DNA of 64,000 nucleotides from Octopus sinensis. Lineage: Eukaryota. Positions 1-12,900 of this stretch are shown here, one piece after another. The notes under the pieces are model-generated. The model was not told the DNA's origin. It was given only the letters and a program-made list of their open reading frames with translations, and did no database searches. The translations under genes were made by a program, and so were the position numbers. The DNA lies in assembly GCF_006345805.1 (NCBI RefSeq), contig NC_043007.1:14198001-14262000 (forward strand). The letters run 5' to 3'. Numbering within the stretch: position 1 is the stretch's first letter; each line of letters opens with the position of its first letter.

Positions 1-721
1 GTCAATCTAATCAACCAGCCCCCCCCCCTCAAAAATTTTGCACCTTGTGCCTAGAGTAGCAAAGAATTTTCATGCCAGCTAACCTTTTAGCAACTACAAC
101 ATATATATTTATGCTCTCCAACATATTCCTCTCTCAGACTCACTCATTGTAGCATTCCTTCAGTTTTTTTCTAAGCCCTGTAAAAGAACTTGGAAGGTTT
201 GTCTTCCAACCAGGTTTTTGCAATACTCTTCAAGCCAGGAACTTTTCAGCACCCCTTCATATAGATGTACATATATGTGTGTGTGTGTATGTGTGTATAC
301 ATATATCATCATCATCATCATCATCATTTAATGTCCATTTTCCATGTTGGCATGGGTTGGACGGTTCAACTGGGGTCTGGCAAGCTCGAAGGCTGCACCA
401 GGCCAGTCAGATCTGGCAGTGTTTCTACAGCTGGATGCCCTTCCTAATGCCAACCACTCCGAGAGTGTAGTGGGTGATTTTATGTGCCACCGACACAGGT
501 GCCAGGCGAGGCTGGCTGACGACCACGCTCAGATGGTGTTTTTATGTGCCACATATATCATCATCATCATCATCATCGTCGTTTAACGTCCGTTCTCCAT
601 GCTAGCATAGGTTGGACGGTTCGACCGGGGTTCTGGGAAGCCAGAAGGCTGCACCAGGCTCCAGTCTAATCTGGCAATGTTTCTACAGCTGGATGCCCTT
701 CCTAACGCCAACCACTCCGTG

Positions 722-752
<31 letters not shown>

Positions 753-829
753 ATAAATTCAGGGTGAATACTTGATAAGTGTAAGCACCTGTATATGCTA
801 GCTAGTAGCAGAGAGACAATGGCCTTCAC

Positions 830-1439
830 TACCCCTATAGGAAACCAGAAGAAACCACTAGATATATTAACACATCATCCAATCACCCACCCTGTATAGT
901 TGATACCACAGTCCAAGCTGTCTCTGACAGACTAATTAAGTTATCGTCAAACAATAGTATCTTCGGTGATTACGTGCATCACTATAACCAAGCCCTCTCT
1001 AACGCTGGGTACTCCCAGAAAATATCTTTCGGCAAAAAATCATATGATAAACCGCCTAGAACATCCGTCATCAAGAAAACTCCATCACATAAATGAACTA
1101 AGGATTCCGGAACCAATCATTTAAATTTGAATTTAAAATTAAATGAAATGAAATTAAATAGTTGCAATAAAAACACAGATTCAACTAATATAAATTCAAA
1201 TTTAAATTCAAACGGGACGAAGAAACAAACAGATAGAAATCACACCAATAGAAATTTAGTTTATGAAAACCCTACCAATAGGAGTATCACAGATAATATT
1301 AGAAGACACAAGAGTAAGAACGGTAGATTACGTAACTATATATGGTATAACATACCATATAATATAGCAGTTAAGGGTAAATTATGCAAAAAAATACTTT
1401 CAATAATATCAAATAACTTTCCACCCACTCATAAATATA
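830..1439 (+). mobile_element. Penelope-like element fragment (RT C-terminal region)
   Basis: Translates to RYINTSSNHPP...RLIKLSSNNSIF..YNQALSNAGY and YIWYNIPYN...KKILSIISNNFPPTH, typical of Penelope-like elements. Confidence 0.7.
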
Positions 1440-1765
1440 GAAACCTGGACGTTATCAAAGAAGCTTGAGAGGCGGTTGGATGGAACTTACATTCACCTCC
1501 TTATGAGAGCTCAAAATTTCTCATGGAAGCGCCATCCAACCAAAATGCAAATATATGGGAAATTACCACCTGTGTCATCTCTTGTGAAAGGTAGGAGAGT
1601 CCAGTTTGCTGGACATTGTTGTAGAGCTGAAAACGATGTAATCTCCAGGGATACAGGCATCCCGCAACAGGACCTCCGTAATGCCATGATGGACCGTGAA
1701 GTCTGGCGTAGCATGGTAAATTCCATTGTCTCGACCACGGTCGAACGATGATGAATGATGATGAT
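1440..1765 (+). mobile_element. RTE-X-like LINE 3' end with (GAT)n tail, internally deleted
   Basis: ETWTLSKKLERRLDGTY..LMRAQNFSWKRHPT..RRVQFAGHC..MDREVWR, then gatgatg tail. Confidence 0.7.
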
Positions 1766-1804
1766 AAATATAGTATCTTTTCAAATAAAACTATTAGGAT
1801 ATCA

Positions 1805-1926
1805 TACTCATATATGTATATGTGTATATGTGTTTATTTTTATGTATGTATATGCGGGGGTGTATATATGTGTATGTATATATGTATGCATATGTGTGTG
1901 TGTGTATGCATATGTAAGTGTATATG

Positions 1927-1997
<71 letters not shown>

Positions 1998-2286
1998 CTT
2001 GTATATTCGGGAATGTATAGGTATGTGGATATGTACATATGTGTGCATGTATATGTACGTATACTTGTATATGCGTTAGGTATGTGTAGGTGTACATTTG
2101 TATGTGTATGTATATATGTATGTATATATATGTGTGCATATACATGTATGTATATAGGTGGGTGTATATATATATATATATATATATATGCATATACAAA
2201 TATGTATATATAGGTGTGTGTGTACGTATGTATGTATATGTGCGCGGGTGTGTGTATGTGTGAGCATGTGTGAATATGTACACGCA

Positions 2287-2320
<34 letters not shown>
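1805..2320. repeat. Compound (TA)n/(TG)n microsatellite
   Basis: Direct inspection; source of spurious YI/HT-rich ORFs. Confidence 0.95.
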
Positions 2321-2322
<2 letters not shown>

Positions 2323-2721
2323 AGAAAAAAGCAACAAGAATGGATTAGTTGTTCAGTACAATTGTTTCATATGAAGAACAGCTTTATTAAAAGCTGCAAA
2401 TATTGCAGCAAATACAAGTGTCCCGTATTCATCAGCCAGAGTTTTCCAACATCCTAGGGAGTGAGGCTACATTCATGAAGTATTGAAGAGAGTTCTATAA
2501 AAAGCAAAGTTAGATTGTAAGCAGACTTCAAAAGTTCTCTAACGATGCACAGTTCTATAAAAGGTTTTATATATATATATATATATATGTTTATTGAGTT
2601 TTACATGGGTATGGTTATGTGTGTGTAATGATACCTACATCCGTACATATCATTAGTTGTATGAAACAGGTTTATATATGTGCGCGTGGGTAAGTATGTA
2701 GGCACACACACGCACACACAC

Positions 2722-3097
2722 CTTTATATATAAAAGTGAAGTTGTGTGGTGTCTGTCTCCTACGATTTAGATTCCTAACTACTCTCACATTTTGCGGTGC
2801 AGTTTAACCAAAACCGGGTATCTTATAGTCGTGATTCATATCGATCCCTTCTGGGTATTAGCGCGCGTCTACGATGAGTCTACAATTTTAAAAAAAATTT
2901 ACCATCATTTTTTCCCATTTTTAATGCATTTTTGGCTGTTATATAAGAGAAGTAACTCTCTAAAAATACTTATATAGTTACATTTTTTTCCCATTTTTAA
3001 TGCATTTTTGGCTATTATATAAGGGAAGTAACTCTCTAAAAATGCTTATATAGTTATTTCCCTTACAAACCCGAGCAACGCCGGGCGATACTGCTAG
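2722..3097 (+). mobile_element. Non-autonomous Helitron-like element
   Basis: tatatataaaa start; subterminal CCCG..CGGG hairpin then CTAG|T end; internal ~70-nt tandem duplication. Confidence 0.65.
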
Positions 3098-3751
3098 TAT
3101 AAGATATACTTAAAGCATGTAGCAACAGATTGACATAAACTGACCACTCGCTACAACAATATCAAATTTCATTCGCCCTTCCTCCGGTAATTAGAAGTAA
3201 TTTATGAAGCTGACCACAGCATCAAAACTTTTTAACATCTTATCTCTCTATCTTAATTCTTTTGTCTTTGTATCCTTTTATTTTTATTTTTGTACATTTT
3301 ACATTTTTATGATACATTTCTAGAATTTATGGCTTTATACCTTCCGCTTTTTATACTTTTTTATATTTTTATATTTTATTATATTTTATTGTATTATATC
3401 CATTTTATATTTATATTTTTACTTGTGATCCCATCATTATTACCGTTTCCTTCTATTCCCCTCTATTCTTCTTTTTCTTTTTCTTCTCAACCTTCAATTC
3501 TCCTTATTTCCTTCCCTTACAAGAGGAATGAACCCGCTAGAATCTACCCAGCATTCACTCTGTATTGACTGATGATACAGTATGGACGGATTTTCGAAGT
3601 CCAATAATACCCTGCACACCTATTTCATTATGAAGATTTACAAACATACTTTCTCAGTGAAACTCAATATACCTACCATTAATAGATAATACCAAATGTT
3701 CCTTTTCGGACTTTTCATAATGTGATACAGGTCTTGGTATAGCAATTACAT

Positions 3752-4069
3752 GCGGCTGAAGAGAGCTTTAACCCTTTTGATACCAATCTGGCCAAAACCG
3801 CCTCTGGCTCTGTAGTACAAATGTCTTGTTTTCATAAGTTTTGAATTAAAATCTTCCACCAAATCTTAGTCACAATTTTTGTTCCTAACACTAGCTTAAT
3901 GATAACTAAGTTATTTTACTAAATTCTTTGTTATATTTAAAATAAATTGAATGAAACACAGAGCTTCTCAAAATAAATACAGTAACAAAAGGGTTAAACC
4001 ATCTGTTATGTTGATTATACATTGATGTAAGAATAAGTTGTTTTATAAAGCTTGAAACACGTGTACCGT
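3752..4069 (+). ncRNA. Type I hammerhead ribozyme motif (Penelope-type) interrupted by a MITE
   Basis: GCGG-CUGAAGA-GAGCUUUA...UAAAGCUU-GAAAC-ACGU-GUA-CCGU; all core nucleotides present. Confidence 0.6.
3772..3993 (+). mobile_element. piggyBac-type MITE family A; other copies at ~22135-22311 (partial), 24026-24246, 37003-37222, 51325-51520, 56316-56884, 63971-end
   Basis: TTAA TSD on both sides; CCCTTT...AAAGGG termini; about 220 bp; repeated across the window. Confidence 0.85.
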
Positions 4070-4165
4070 GACATCCTTTGTGTTCTGTTTTTTATTTCAT
4101 TTGATACATATATATATCTGTATACAATAATTTCATTATTATTATTATTTTTTTATATCTATATA

Positions 4166-4482
4166 TCTATAATATAAATTGGACGTGGGTGATTGTTGTA
4201 TTCTTTCTTCTCTTGAGGTTCACAGCCAAACGGCTGGGTGGATTCACGTGAAAAATGGCACACATATGGAGACGTGTGCATAGATTGGACTGCAGTTTGT
4301 ATTTTTTTCCTAGCCCCTACAGTTACCGAGAAAATCAATTAAAAACTTTTCTAAAGGAATTCCCCCTGTTTGTTCCACCAAAATGATAAGGTTGAGAAAC
4401 ACTGTTATAGATTATGTCTAACTGAAAACGATCACAGCCACATCATCCAAACAGACCAGGTGAAACCGGGCTTAGCTGCTAG
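4166..4482 (+). mobile_element. Non-autonomous Helitron/DINE-like element
   Basis: A|TCTATAATATAAA start; cacagccaaacggctgg motif; gaaaccggg..gctgCTAG|T end. Confidence 0.55.
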
Positions 4483-4566
<84 letters not shown>

Positions 4567-4577
4567 ATATGTATATA

Positions 4578-4622
<45 letters not shown>

Positions 4623-4829
4623 GTATATATATGTGAGGCTCCGGCAGGGTGGTGGTGGCGGTCCCTGCTGCACTCTTTCACCACAACTATCTCTCACTCT
4701 TTCTTCTGTTGGCCTGCTCGCTTAGCCAGTGGGGTGGCGTCATTTGAAGGCTAAAACAATGCGAAGCGCATTGTGACCAGCGATGTGTAGCAACATCTGA
4801 TATCCTGGTCGGTCACGGTGATCACGGTG

Positions 4830-4871
<42 letters not shown>

Positions 4872-5668
4872 CCAATGAGAAGAAGACAGAGAAAATTCTT
4901 TAACACATTTTTCATTATAAGCTACAAATGTTTCTGCACCATATCCATTTGCAAAGAAAAATTACATAATATTTGTAGTTTCAGGTGTTGGAGAAGAACT
5001 TCCTCAGACTTGCATCTGATGCAACTAACTTTAGTATATATAATATATAAGCGCAAGGGTGGCTGTGTGGTAAGTAGCTTGCTGTATTTGTGTGGACTTT
5101 TTAGTCCAAATATATTGTATTTTAAATTGTAAGAGGGTTAATACCTCTGTATATGTGTTTTTAAAGAACGATGTTTTAGAGAAGCAGAGGGTGGGCTTGG
5201 TGCTTTCTGTTTTCTCCCATCCTTATCATCTTGTATTATTATCATTCAACTCATCAATGTCTTGTCCAGCCCGCAAATCTACCCTTCTTTGTACTGCCTC
5301 TGTGGCAAATGAAATGAATAAAAGTAGCTTGCTTACCAACCACATGGTTCTGGGTTCAGTCCCACTGTGTGGCACCTTGGGAAAGTGATTTCTACTATAG
5401 CCTCGGGCCAACCAAAGCCATATATATGATGAGCTTTCATTTTTTTGTCTACCAAATCCACTCATAAGGCCTGGGGCTATAGAAGATATTTACGAATGTG
5501 CCACAGAGATGAACTGAATCGAAAACGATGTAATTAGGAAGCACACTTTTTACTACACAGCCTTATTTATTGGCCACGCAGAGCTGAACACAGACAGGAC
5601 AAAATACAAAGTAGAACTTTTCTTTTTGGGAAGAAGAGGAGGAAATACGAAAAAAAAAAAGAAAAAGT

Positions 5669-5966
<298 letters not shown>

Positions 5967-7536
5967 GCAATATTTTCAAAGTCTTTATATCGTCCAAAAC
6001 GAAAAGTTTTTCCAGTGTTTTCAGTATTCCTTCTGTTGTAACAGCTGACTTACCAAAAATCACAGCTGTTCTGTTCATTAATTTCCGTAAAAAAAATCTC
6101 AATACCCGTCCCTCCTCTATATTTCCTTGCCCCTCACCTATCCTCCTGCATTTAACGTGTTATAATATCTCTTACCTTTCAGTGTTATCAATCTCTCTCT
6201 CTCTCTCTCACTCCTCTTTGCCTCTCACTTCAACTATATTTCCTCTGCTTAACAAGTTTTATTTCTCTCCTTTTACCTCTTCCTTTCAACTAAGTGTGAC
6301 ACACACCACAGGTACGTACGTACGTTGGTATTAGCATATTAATATTTAGCATTTATTTATTGTAACATATAAGAGTGATCTCCCTCAACTGAAAAACTAA
6401 CATCAAACCAATGTGAGATCTTTAAATCATAACGTTAAATCTTCTATGACGATGTCTAAGATAACATTGTATCAAGTACTTTTGGATATGTGTGTGGTAA
6501 GAGAGAGGGTACTTTTGAATGGAGTTGTTTGCTCTGTTTTACTAATAAGTCGAAAGGATTACTGAAGTAAGCTGAAAAATTGAAACGGAAATAAGACATG
6601 GGTAAACTGCGGTCCACAAGACTTTTTGAATGGCACACCAAACGAAACGAAACGAAACGAAAAGTTACTTTGAATTTTTTTTTTTTTTTGCACTCCACCT
6701 AGTGATTAGCTAAGTCTCGTATGGCCCACTTTTCGAAAGAAGTTGCTCATGCCTACATTAGATTATTGGATAGAGAAGATTGCAGAGTATATCGACTAGC
6801 GGATCATGGAAAGACGCAGATCTCGCATAAATGATAGGAGATGTGTGCTGTGTACCGCAAAGTGGAAGTTCTTGCAAAAACACCAAACCCAAGACACCTG
6901 CACTGGTTACTGAAATTGCAATTTAGCAAAGATTCGATATCAAAAAATTTTCAATAAAATTCAAATCTTTTTTTCATTTTTGTCCCCTTCCCTCTTCCAT
7001 AACTTCTTACATTTTTTTTTTAATTTTTGTTTTTTAGAAAATATTTTCAGACGTGTGCTTTTAAGTATCAGAGATTAAATTATGCAAAAGTAAATTTTTG
7101 TCAGTTTAGTTTGAATTTTTTTCCCTAAAATATTCCCTAGCAAAATAGCTGAGCTAAAAGATTAAAATAATATACATTTTAGAGTATAGACATTATCAGA
7201 AGAAATTTTGGGAGATATTTTCCAGTGGAAAACAATCTAAGATAATCAAAGTAATGTATGTTCAATAATGAAAGCATTAAGCAATTTTTGAGAACTGAAG
7301 GCAATCAAAATTGTTGGTATCGCGGAACGAAACACCCTTAAGGTGAAGGGAAAAAATAGTCTAATAGTATGAAGTGAAGAGGCCAGCAGAAATATGTTGA
7401 CACGTGTTACTACCTCAGTAGCGGTCATCAGCACACACACACACACACACCTACACACACACACACACACACCTACACACACACCACACACACACACACA
7501 CACACCTACACACATACACACACACACACACCTACA

Positions 7537-7586
<50 letters not shown>

Positions 7587-7974
7587 GAGTTAATGAATGA
7601 AGTAGATAAGATCTAGCCTACATATGTTTCATCGCGAGCGGAACTTCGGAAGTGGTAAATATCCGAGCGAGGAGTATACCGTACGCTACTCTAATATATA
7701 TATATATATATAGAATTAAGAGAGAGAACCTCCATCAAAGTAATTCATTGTACTAAACATTACTTTACTAAATAATAGACATTATGAAATTTTGTGGGTC
7801 CAGGACCCTTGTCTCTCTCTACATTTGCTCTACATAGGCATATTATATCTTTTTGGAAGCAGGATGATCCTGGAGTTGAAAATCTGCCCTTCATTTGGTT
7901 CTTGAACATCTAAGAGCATTTGAGTACCTATTTCTAGCAGATAAAGCGACCGTAAGATGTTTCAAAGGTTTACA

Positions 7975-8545
7975 AGAGTCATCTCCCTTTGGGACTTTCC
8001 AGTACATACAGACCGAACCATCAAGGCCAATAAACCAGATATTGTTGTGAAAGACCAAAACAATAAAGTTTGCTTATTGATCGACATGAGCATCCCCTGT
8101 GATCACAATATCTCAGCGAAAGAGTTTGACAAGCTCAGAAAATATAAAGACCTACTCATTGAAATTGAGAAAATGTGGCATCTCAAGGAGGTTACAATAC
8201 CAGTGATCGTAGGAGCACTAGGAATGATCAAGAAGGGAACCGAAAATTATATGAGAATGATCCCTGGCTTACCATCCCTGCAAGAAGTGCAAAAGATTGT
8301 CTTAACTGGTACATCACACGTATTGAGAAGAGCATTGTCGATGTGAGAACCGTTGCTGCTCATGTATTTTAATTTAACTTTAAAAAAAAATTTTTTTTTT
8401 ATTTTTTTTAAATGAACGAACTATTGAGTTTGGTTTAATGGCCTACCAATGTATACTATGAGTTTCTTTGCCCTAGGAGTCGGGAAGACACTCGGCAAGA
8501 AATGGAAGCAAATTTGAAAGAAGAAAAAAAAAAGTAACAATAATG

Positions 8546-8595
<50 letters not shown>
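7975..8595 (+). mobile_element. 5'-truncated R4/Dong-like non-LTR element (restriction-like endonuclease C-terminus, 3' UTR) ending in (TAA)n
   Basis: LWDFPVHTDRTIKANKPDIVV..LLIDMSIP..KLRKYKDL..PVIVGALG is a PD-(D/E)xK motif; (AAT)n at ~8535-8595. Confidence 0.85.
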
Positions 8596-9091
8596 CTATT
8601 TCTTTATTACCCATAGAGGGGACAAACAAGGACAGACAAAGGGTACTTATTTAATCGACCCCGAAAGGACGACAGGCAAAGTCGACCTAGCTATAATAAT
8701 AATAATAAACGTGACATTCTGTCTGTCGGTAAACTGACTCAAACGTTTCGGATTTAATACAAAATCTTTGTGACAGTTACCTCCGTTACCTACAATCCAC
8801 TTCACGCATGCAAGATTCGCTACATATATAAATATTTACTAGGTTAAAAGTATCTTTTTTTCTTCAGAAATGTAAATAAACCCAATCTGTTTCTTAAACG
8901 AGGAACATATTTATACGGCACAGAATGTTTTTTTTACCTCAATAGACGTCATTGATTGGTTGAAATTGCAGAAATTGAAGAAAATAAAACAAGTATCTTA
9001 CAAACTATAGAATTTTCTCAATAAAGTCAAGAGAAAAAGATGTTTTATAAACACATTCTACCAGTATACGAAGTTTAAAAGTGTTTAGTTA

Positions 9092-9324
9092 CTCTCTCTC
9101 TCTCTCTCTTTACTCTTTTATTTGTTTCAGTCATTTGACTGCGGCCATGCTGGAGCACCGCCTTTAATCGAGCAACTCGACCCCGGGACTTATTCTTTTG
9201 TAAGCCCAGTACTTATTCTATTGGTCTCTTTTGCCTAACCGCTAAGTAACGGGGACATAAACACACCAGCATCGGTTGTCAAGCAATGCTAGGGGAAGCA
9301 AACACAGACACACAAACATACACA

Positions 9325-9390
<66 letters not shown>

Positions 9391-9550
9391 TACGACGGAC
9401 TTCTTTCAGTTTCCGTCTATCAAATCCACTCACAAGGCATTGGTCGGCCCGAGGCTATAGTAGAAGACACTTGCCCAAGGTGCCACGCAGTGGGACTGAA
9501 CCCGGAGCCATGTGGTTGGTAAACAAGCTACTTACCACACAGCCACTCCT
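9092..9550 (-). mobile_element. tRNA-derived SINE family A; other copies at ~14381-14785(+), 15155-15560(-), 32205-32585(-), 47515-47800(+), 50080-50470(-), 59535-59900(-), 63306-63695(+)
   Basis: Head GGCTGTGTGGTAAGTAGC...GGTTCAGTCCC (A/B boxes), internal TA/CA microsatellite, (GAGTAAA)n tail. Confidence 0.85.
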
Positions 9551-9699
9551 GGGGAAATTATTTTTTAAAAAGCTGCCGTTCAAACCGAAAAGATGCAAAT
9601 ACTTTCTTAAAACTTTATACACTGTGCATCTTTCTCATCATTCATATTTTACAACTTGCCGTTTTAATAACAATTTCTTATCGTCACACCAGCTAACTC

Positions 9700-9937
9700 T
9701 GTTGTTGTTATATATATATACTGTATTGAGTATTAAAGGAAGTAGTGAGTACTTAGTATGAAAGATTAAGAAAATGAGAGAGACTGAAACAACGTGTTAA
9801 CGATACAAGATACTTTATTCGACTGCCGTTGTTGTACAAGTTAATTGTTTTGGCGGGAAACAAAGTGAAAGTCCTTTTATCAAGGGAGACAATGGGCGAC
9901 GTTGATTGTTCATGTTTGTTGTGATGATTATATAACA
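9700..9937 (-). repeat. 3' LTR (238 bp)
   Basis: Identical by eye to 14002-14239; minus-strand AATAAA at 9814-9819. Confidence 0.97.
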
Positions 9938-9978
9938 TCTTCCTTTTTTTTTTTTTTTTTTTTAATTTTTTTTTTATA

Positions 9979-12900
9979 TCATCTGTATCTACAGGGAATA
10001 ATTATTCGTCGTCCACTTTTTGTGGTTTTATTATTTTGTAGTGTTGAATTCTGTAGTTGTGGTGTTTTTGTTTTTTCATGCGTGTTTGTTGACTTTGGAA
10101 ATATATTTTCATAATCTAATTCTTCTGTTATGCGAACGTGTTCGTTTGTTTTAAGAATATGTTGTCTATTTCGTTTGACTGTATTACCTTCCTCTGTTAT
10201 TACTAAGTATGAACGAGGTTGCTCTAGTTTTTTAATTATTTTGCCCCTTCTAAACCAATTGTTGTTAAACTTAATTCTAACCGTGTCGTGTGGTTTTAAC
10301 TCTGGGAGTTCTGTTGTAATGTTTGATTTCTTCTTTTCGTGAGGCCTGATACCAATTTTGTCGTGTAATATGTTTGGGAGATTTGTTCGCAATGTTCTAT
10401 TCATTATTTGATTTGCAGGGGATGGTGCACCATTTTGTAATTTAGTCGTGCGTAATGCTAAGAGCGCTAACTGAGGTTCTTCGTCACTTTTGAATGCCTT
10501 TTTTAGCGTCTTTTTTATTGTCTGTATATTTCTCTCAACCATGCCATTCGCTTGATGATAATGCGGGCTTGTCTTCGTGTGATGAAAATGCCAATTTTTT
10601 GCAAATTTTTTGAATTCAGCCGAATTGAATTCTGGACCGTTGTCACTTACAACTGTTTGCGGAATTCCGAATTTAGCAAAAGTTTCTTTTAATTTTTTGA
10701 TTACGGTTTTTGACTGGCAATCATTTATTTCGTGTAGATCAAAAAATCTTGTTGTATAGTCAATAATTGTGACATACGAATTTCCAGACAGGTGAAATAC
10801 GTCTGTACCCACTTTGGTCCATGGTGTAGTAGGTATTTCATGATTTATTAGTGGTTCGGCTGCTTGTTGATTTTTGTAGTCAATGCAGTATGAGCATGTG
10901 TTAATCATGTCTTTGATTTGAGCGTTAATGCCGGGCCAGTATATACATTCCTTCGCTCTCTCTATGCATTTTTCGATACCCATGTGTCCGGTATGTATTT
11001 CCTGTAGAGCTTCTCTACGTAATGACTTAGGTACAATTATTCTTGAACCTTTTAGAACGAGACCATTGACGATTGATATTTCATCACGAACAGATACGAA
11101 TGGTTTGATGTTTATTGGTATTTTGTCTTTTGGGGGCCATTCTGTTCTTGTATATGTGACGAGTGTCTGTAGAGACGGGTCGTCTGCAGTGGCTTCTTTA
11201 TACTCTTTTAATTTAGTGTCGGTTATGGGGTAATTTTTTATTACTGCATGAATGTGCGATTTCATATCTTCGTCTGATACTTCTGGAGTATTTTGCTCAA
11301 GGTATGCACGTGATAGGGTATCTGCAACAATTGATTCTTTACCAGGTATGTGGTTTAGGTCAAAATCATATCTTTGTAATGTTAGTAGAAATCTTTGGAT
11401 TCTGGGGGGGCATTTAGTGATCGATTTTTTGAATATTTGCTTCAACGGTTTATGGTCATTTTCGATTCTGAAATGAGTTCCGTATATAAACTGATGAAAT
11501 TTCTTGCATGCGAAAACTATACTGAGAGCTTCGCTCTCTATCGGACAGTAGTTTTGTTCCGCTTGAGTTGTTGCACGAGATGCAAACGAAACAGGTAGCC
11601 ATCTTTCGTTGTGTTTCTGCTCAAGTATCGCTCCGAGCCCATGCTTACTAGCATCTGTAGTTATTTTTATTGGTAGATCTGGATCATAAAATTGTAGCAC
11701 TGGTTTTCTGGTAATCATTTCTTTTAGCTTTTTTATTGCTTCGATTTGTGGTTTGTCGAATGACCATAACGTGTCACTCTGTAGAAGCTGGCGCAATGGT
11801 GCTGTGACTTCGGAGTAGTTAGATAAAAATTTACATAGGTAATTTGTCATACCTAGGAATCTTTGTAATTCTTTTTTACTTGTTGGCAGTGGCATGTGAA
11901 TGATTGCTTGTACCTTGGTTGGATCTTGTTTTATCCCTTCGCTGGTTAATATATGCCCAAGGTACTTGATTTGTGATTCATAGAAGATACACTTTGATTT
12001 ATTTAACTTTAATCCGTGCTTTCGGATTCGATCGAAAACTTGTTGTAGTCTATTTGTGTGTTCTTCTAAAGTGTTGGACCAGATTATGATGTCATCCTGT
12101 GAATTTCTTGCTCCTTCTATGCCCTCTATTATTTTTGAAATTTCTTTTTGGAAAACTTCACTGGCGCTGTGAATTCCAAAGGGTAGTCGTGTGAAGCGAT
12201 ACCTTCCAAAAGGTGTGTTGAACGTTAAAAGATGGGAGCTTTCTTCGTCAACTGGAATTTGCCAGTATCCATTAGATGCATCGAGTTTTGAAAAATATTT
12301 AGGGTTATGCTTTTGTGCAAAAATGTCCTCCGCTGTAGGGAGTTTGAAATGTTGCCTTTTTATGGCTTTGTTTAGATTCTTGGGGTCTAAACAGAGTCGG
12401 AGTTTTCCGTTGGCTTTTTTAACGATGACTAGGGAATTTACCCAGTCTGTAGGTTCACTAACAGGTTTTATGATATCTAATTCTGTCATTCTTTTTAATT
12501 CTTTGTTGAGTTTTTCTTTTATAGAAAAAGGAACCGATCTTGGTGGATGAATTACAGGAGTTATTTGTGGATCCACTGTGATATGATGTGTTATTGACAA
12601 AGTGCCGATTTCTCCGAAACAGTCTTCATATTTTTCTAATATGTCGTTTGTGTTCGACGAATTTATTTTTGAAATTCTCTGAATCAGGTTCAGATCTTTA
12701 GCTGTCTTTGCATCTATAACTGCGTGCGAGTTTGTTTTTGCAACAATGAATTTTATTTGCTTTGATAATTCTTTGTATTTAATGACTGCTGTGCATTTTC
12801 CTAGCACTTTTATAGCTGTGTTATTATAAGCTGATAATCGAGTTGAAGTTTTTCGCAGTTGTGGTTTTGGAATTATATTTCTATATTCTCTGAATGGCAG

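Noticed and set aside
1748-2457. Long ORFs rich in YI/HT/CV/LSIY (also 4370-4754, 5563-6102, 7246-7600, 8543-8737)
   Set aside because: Translations of microsatellites.
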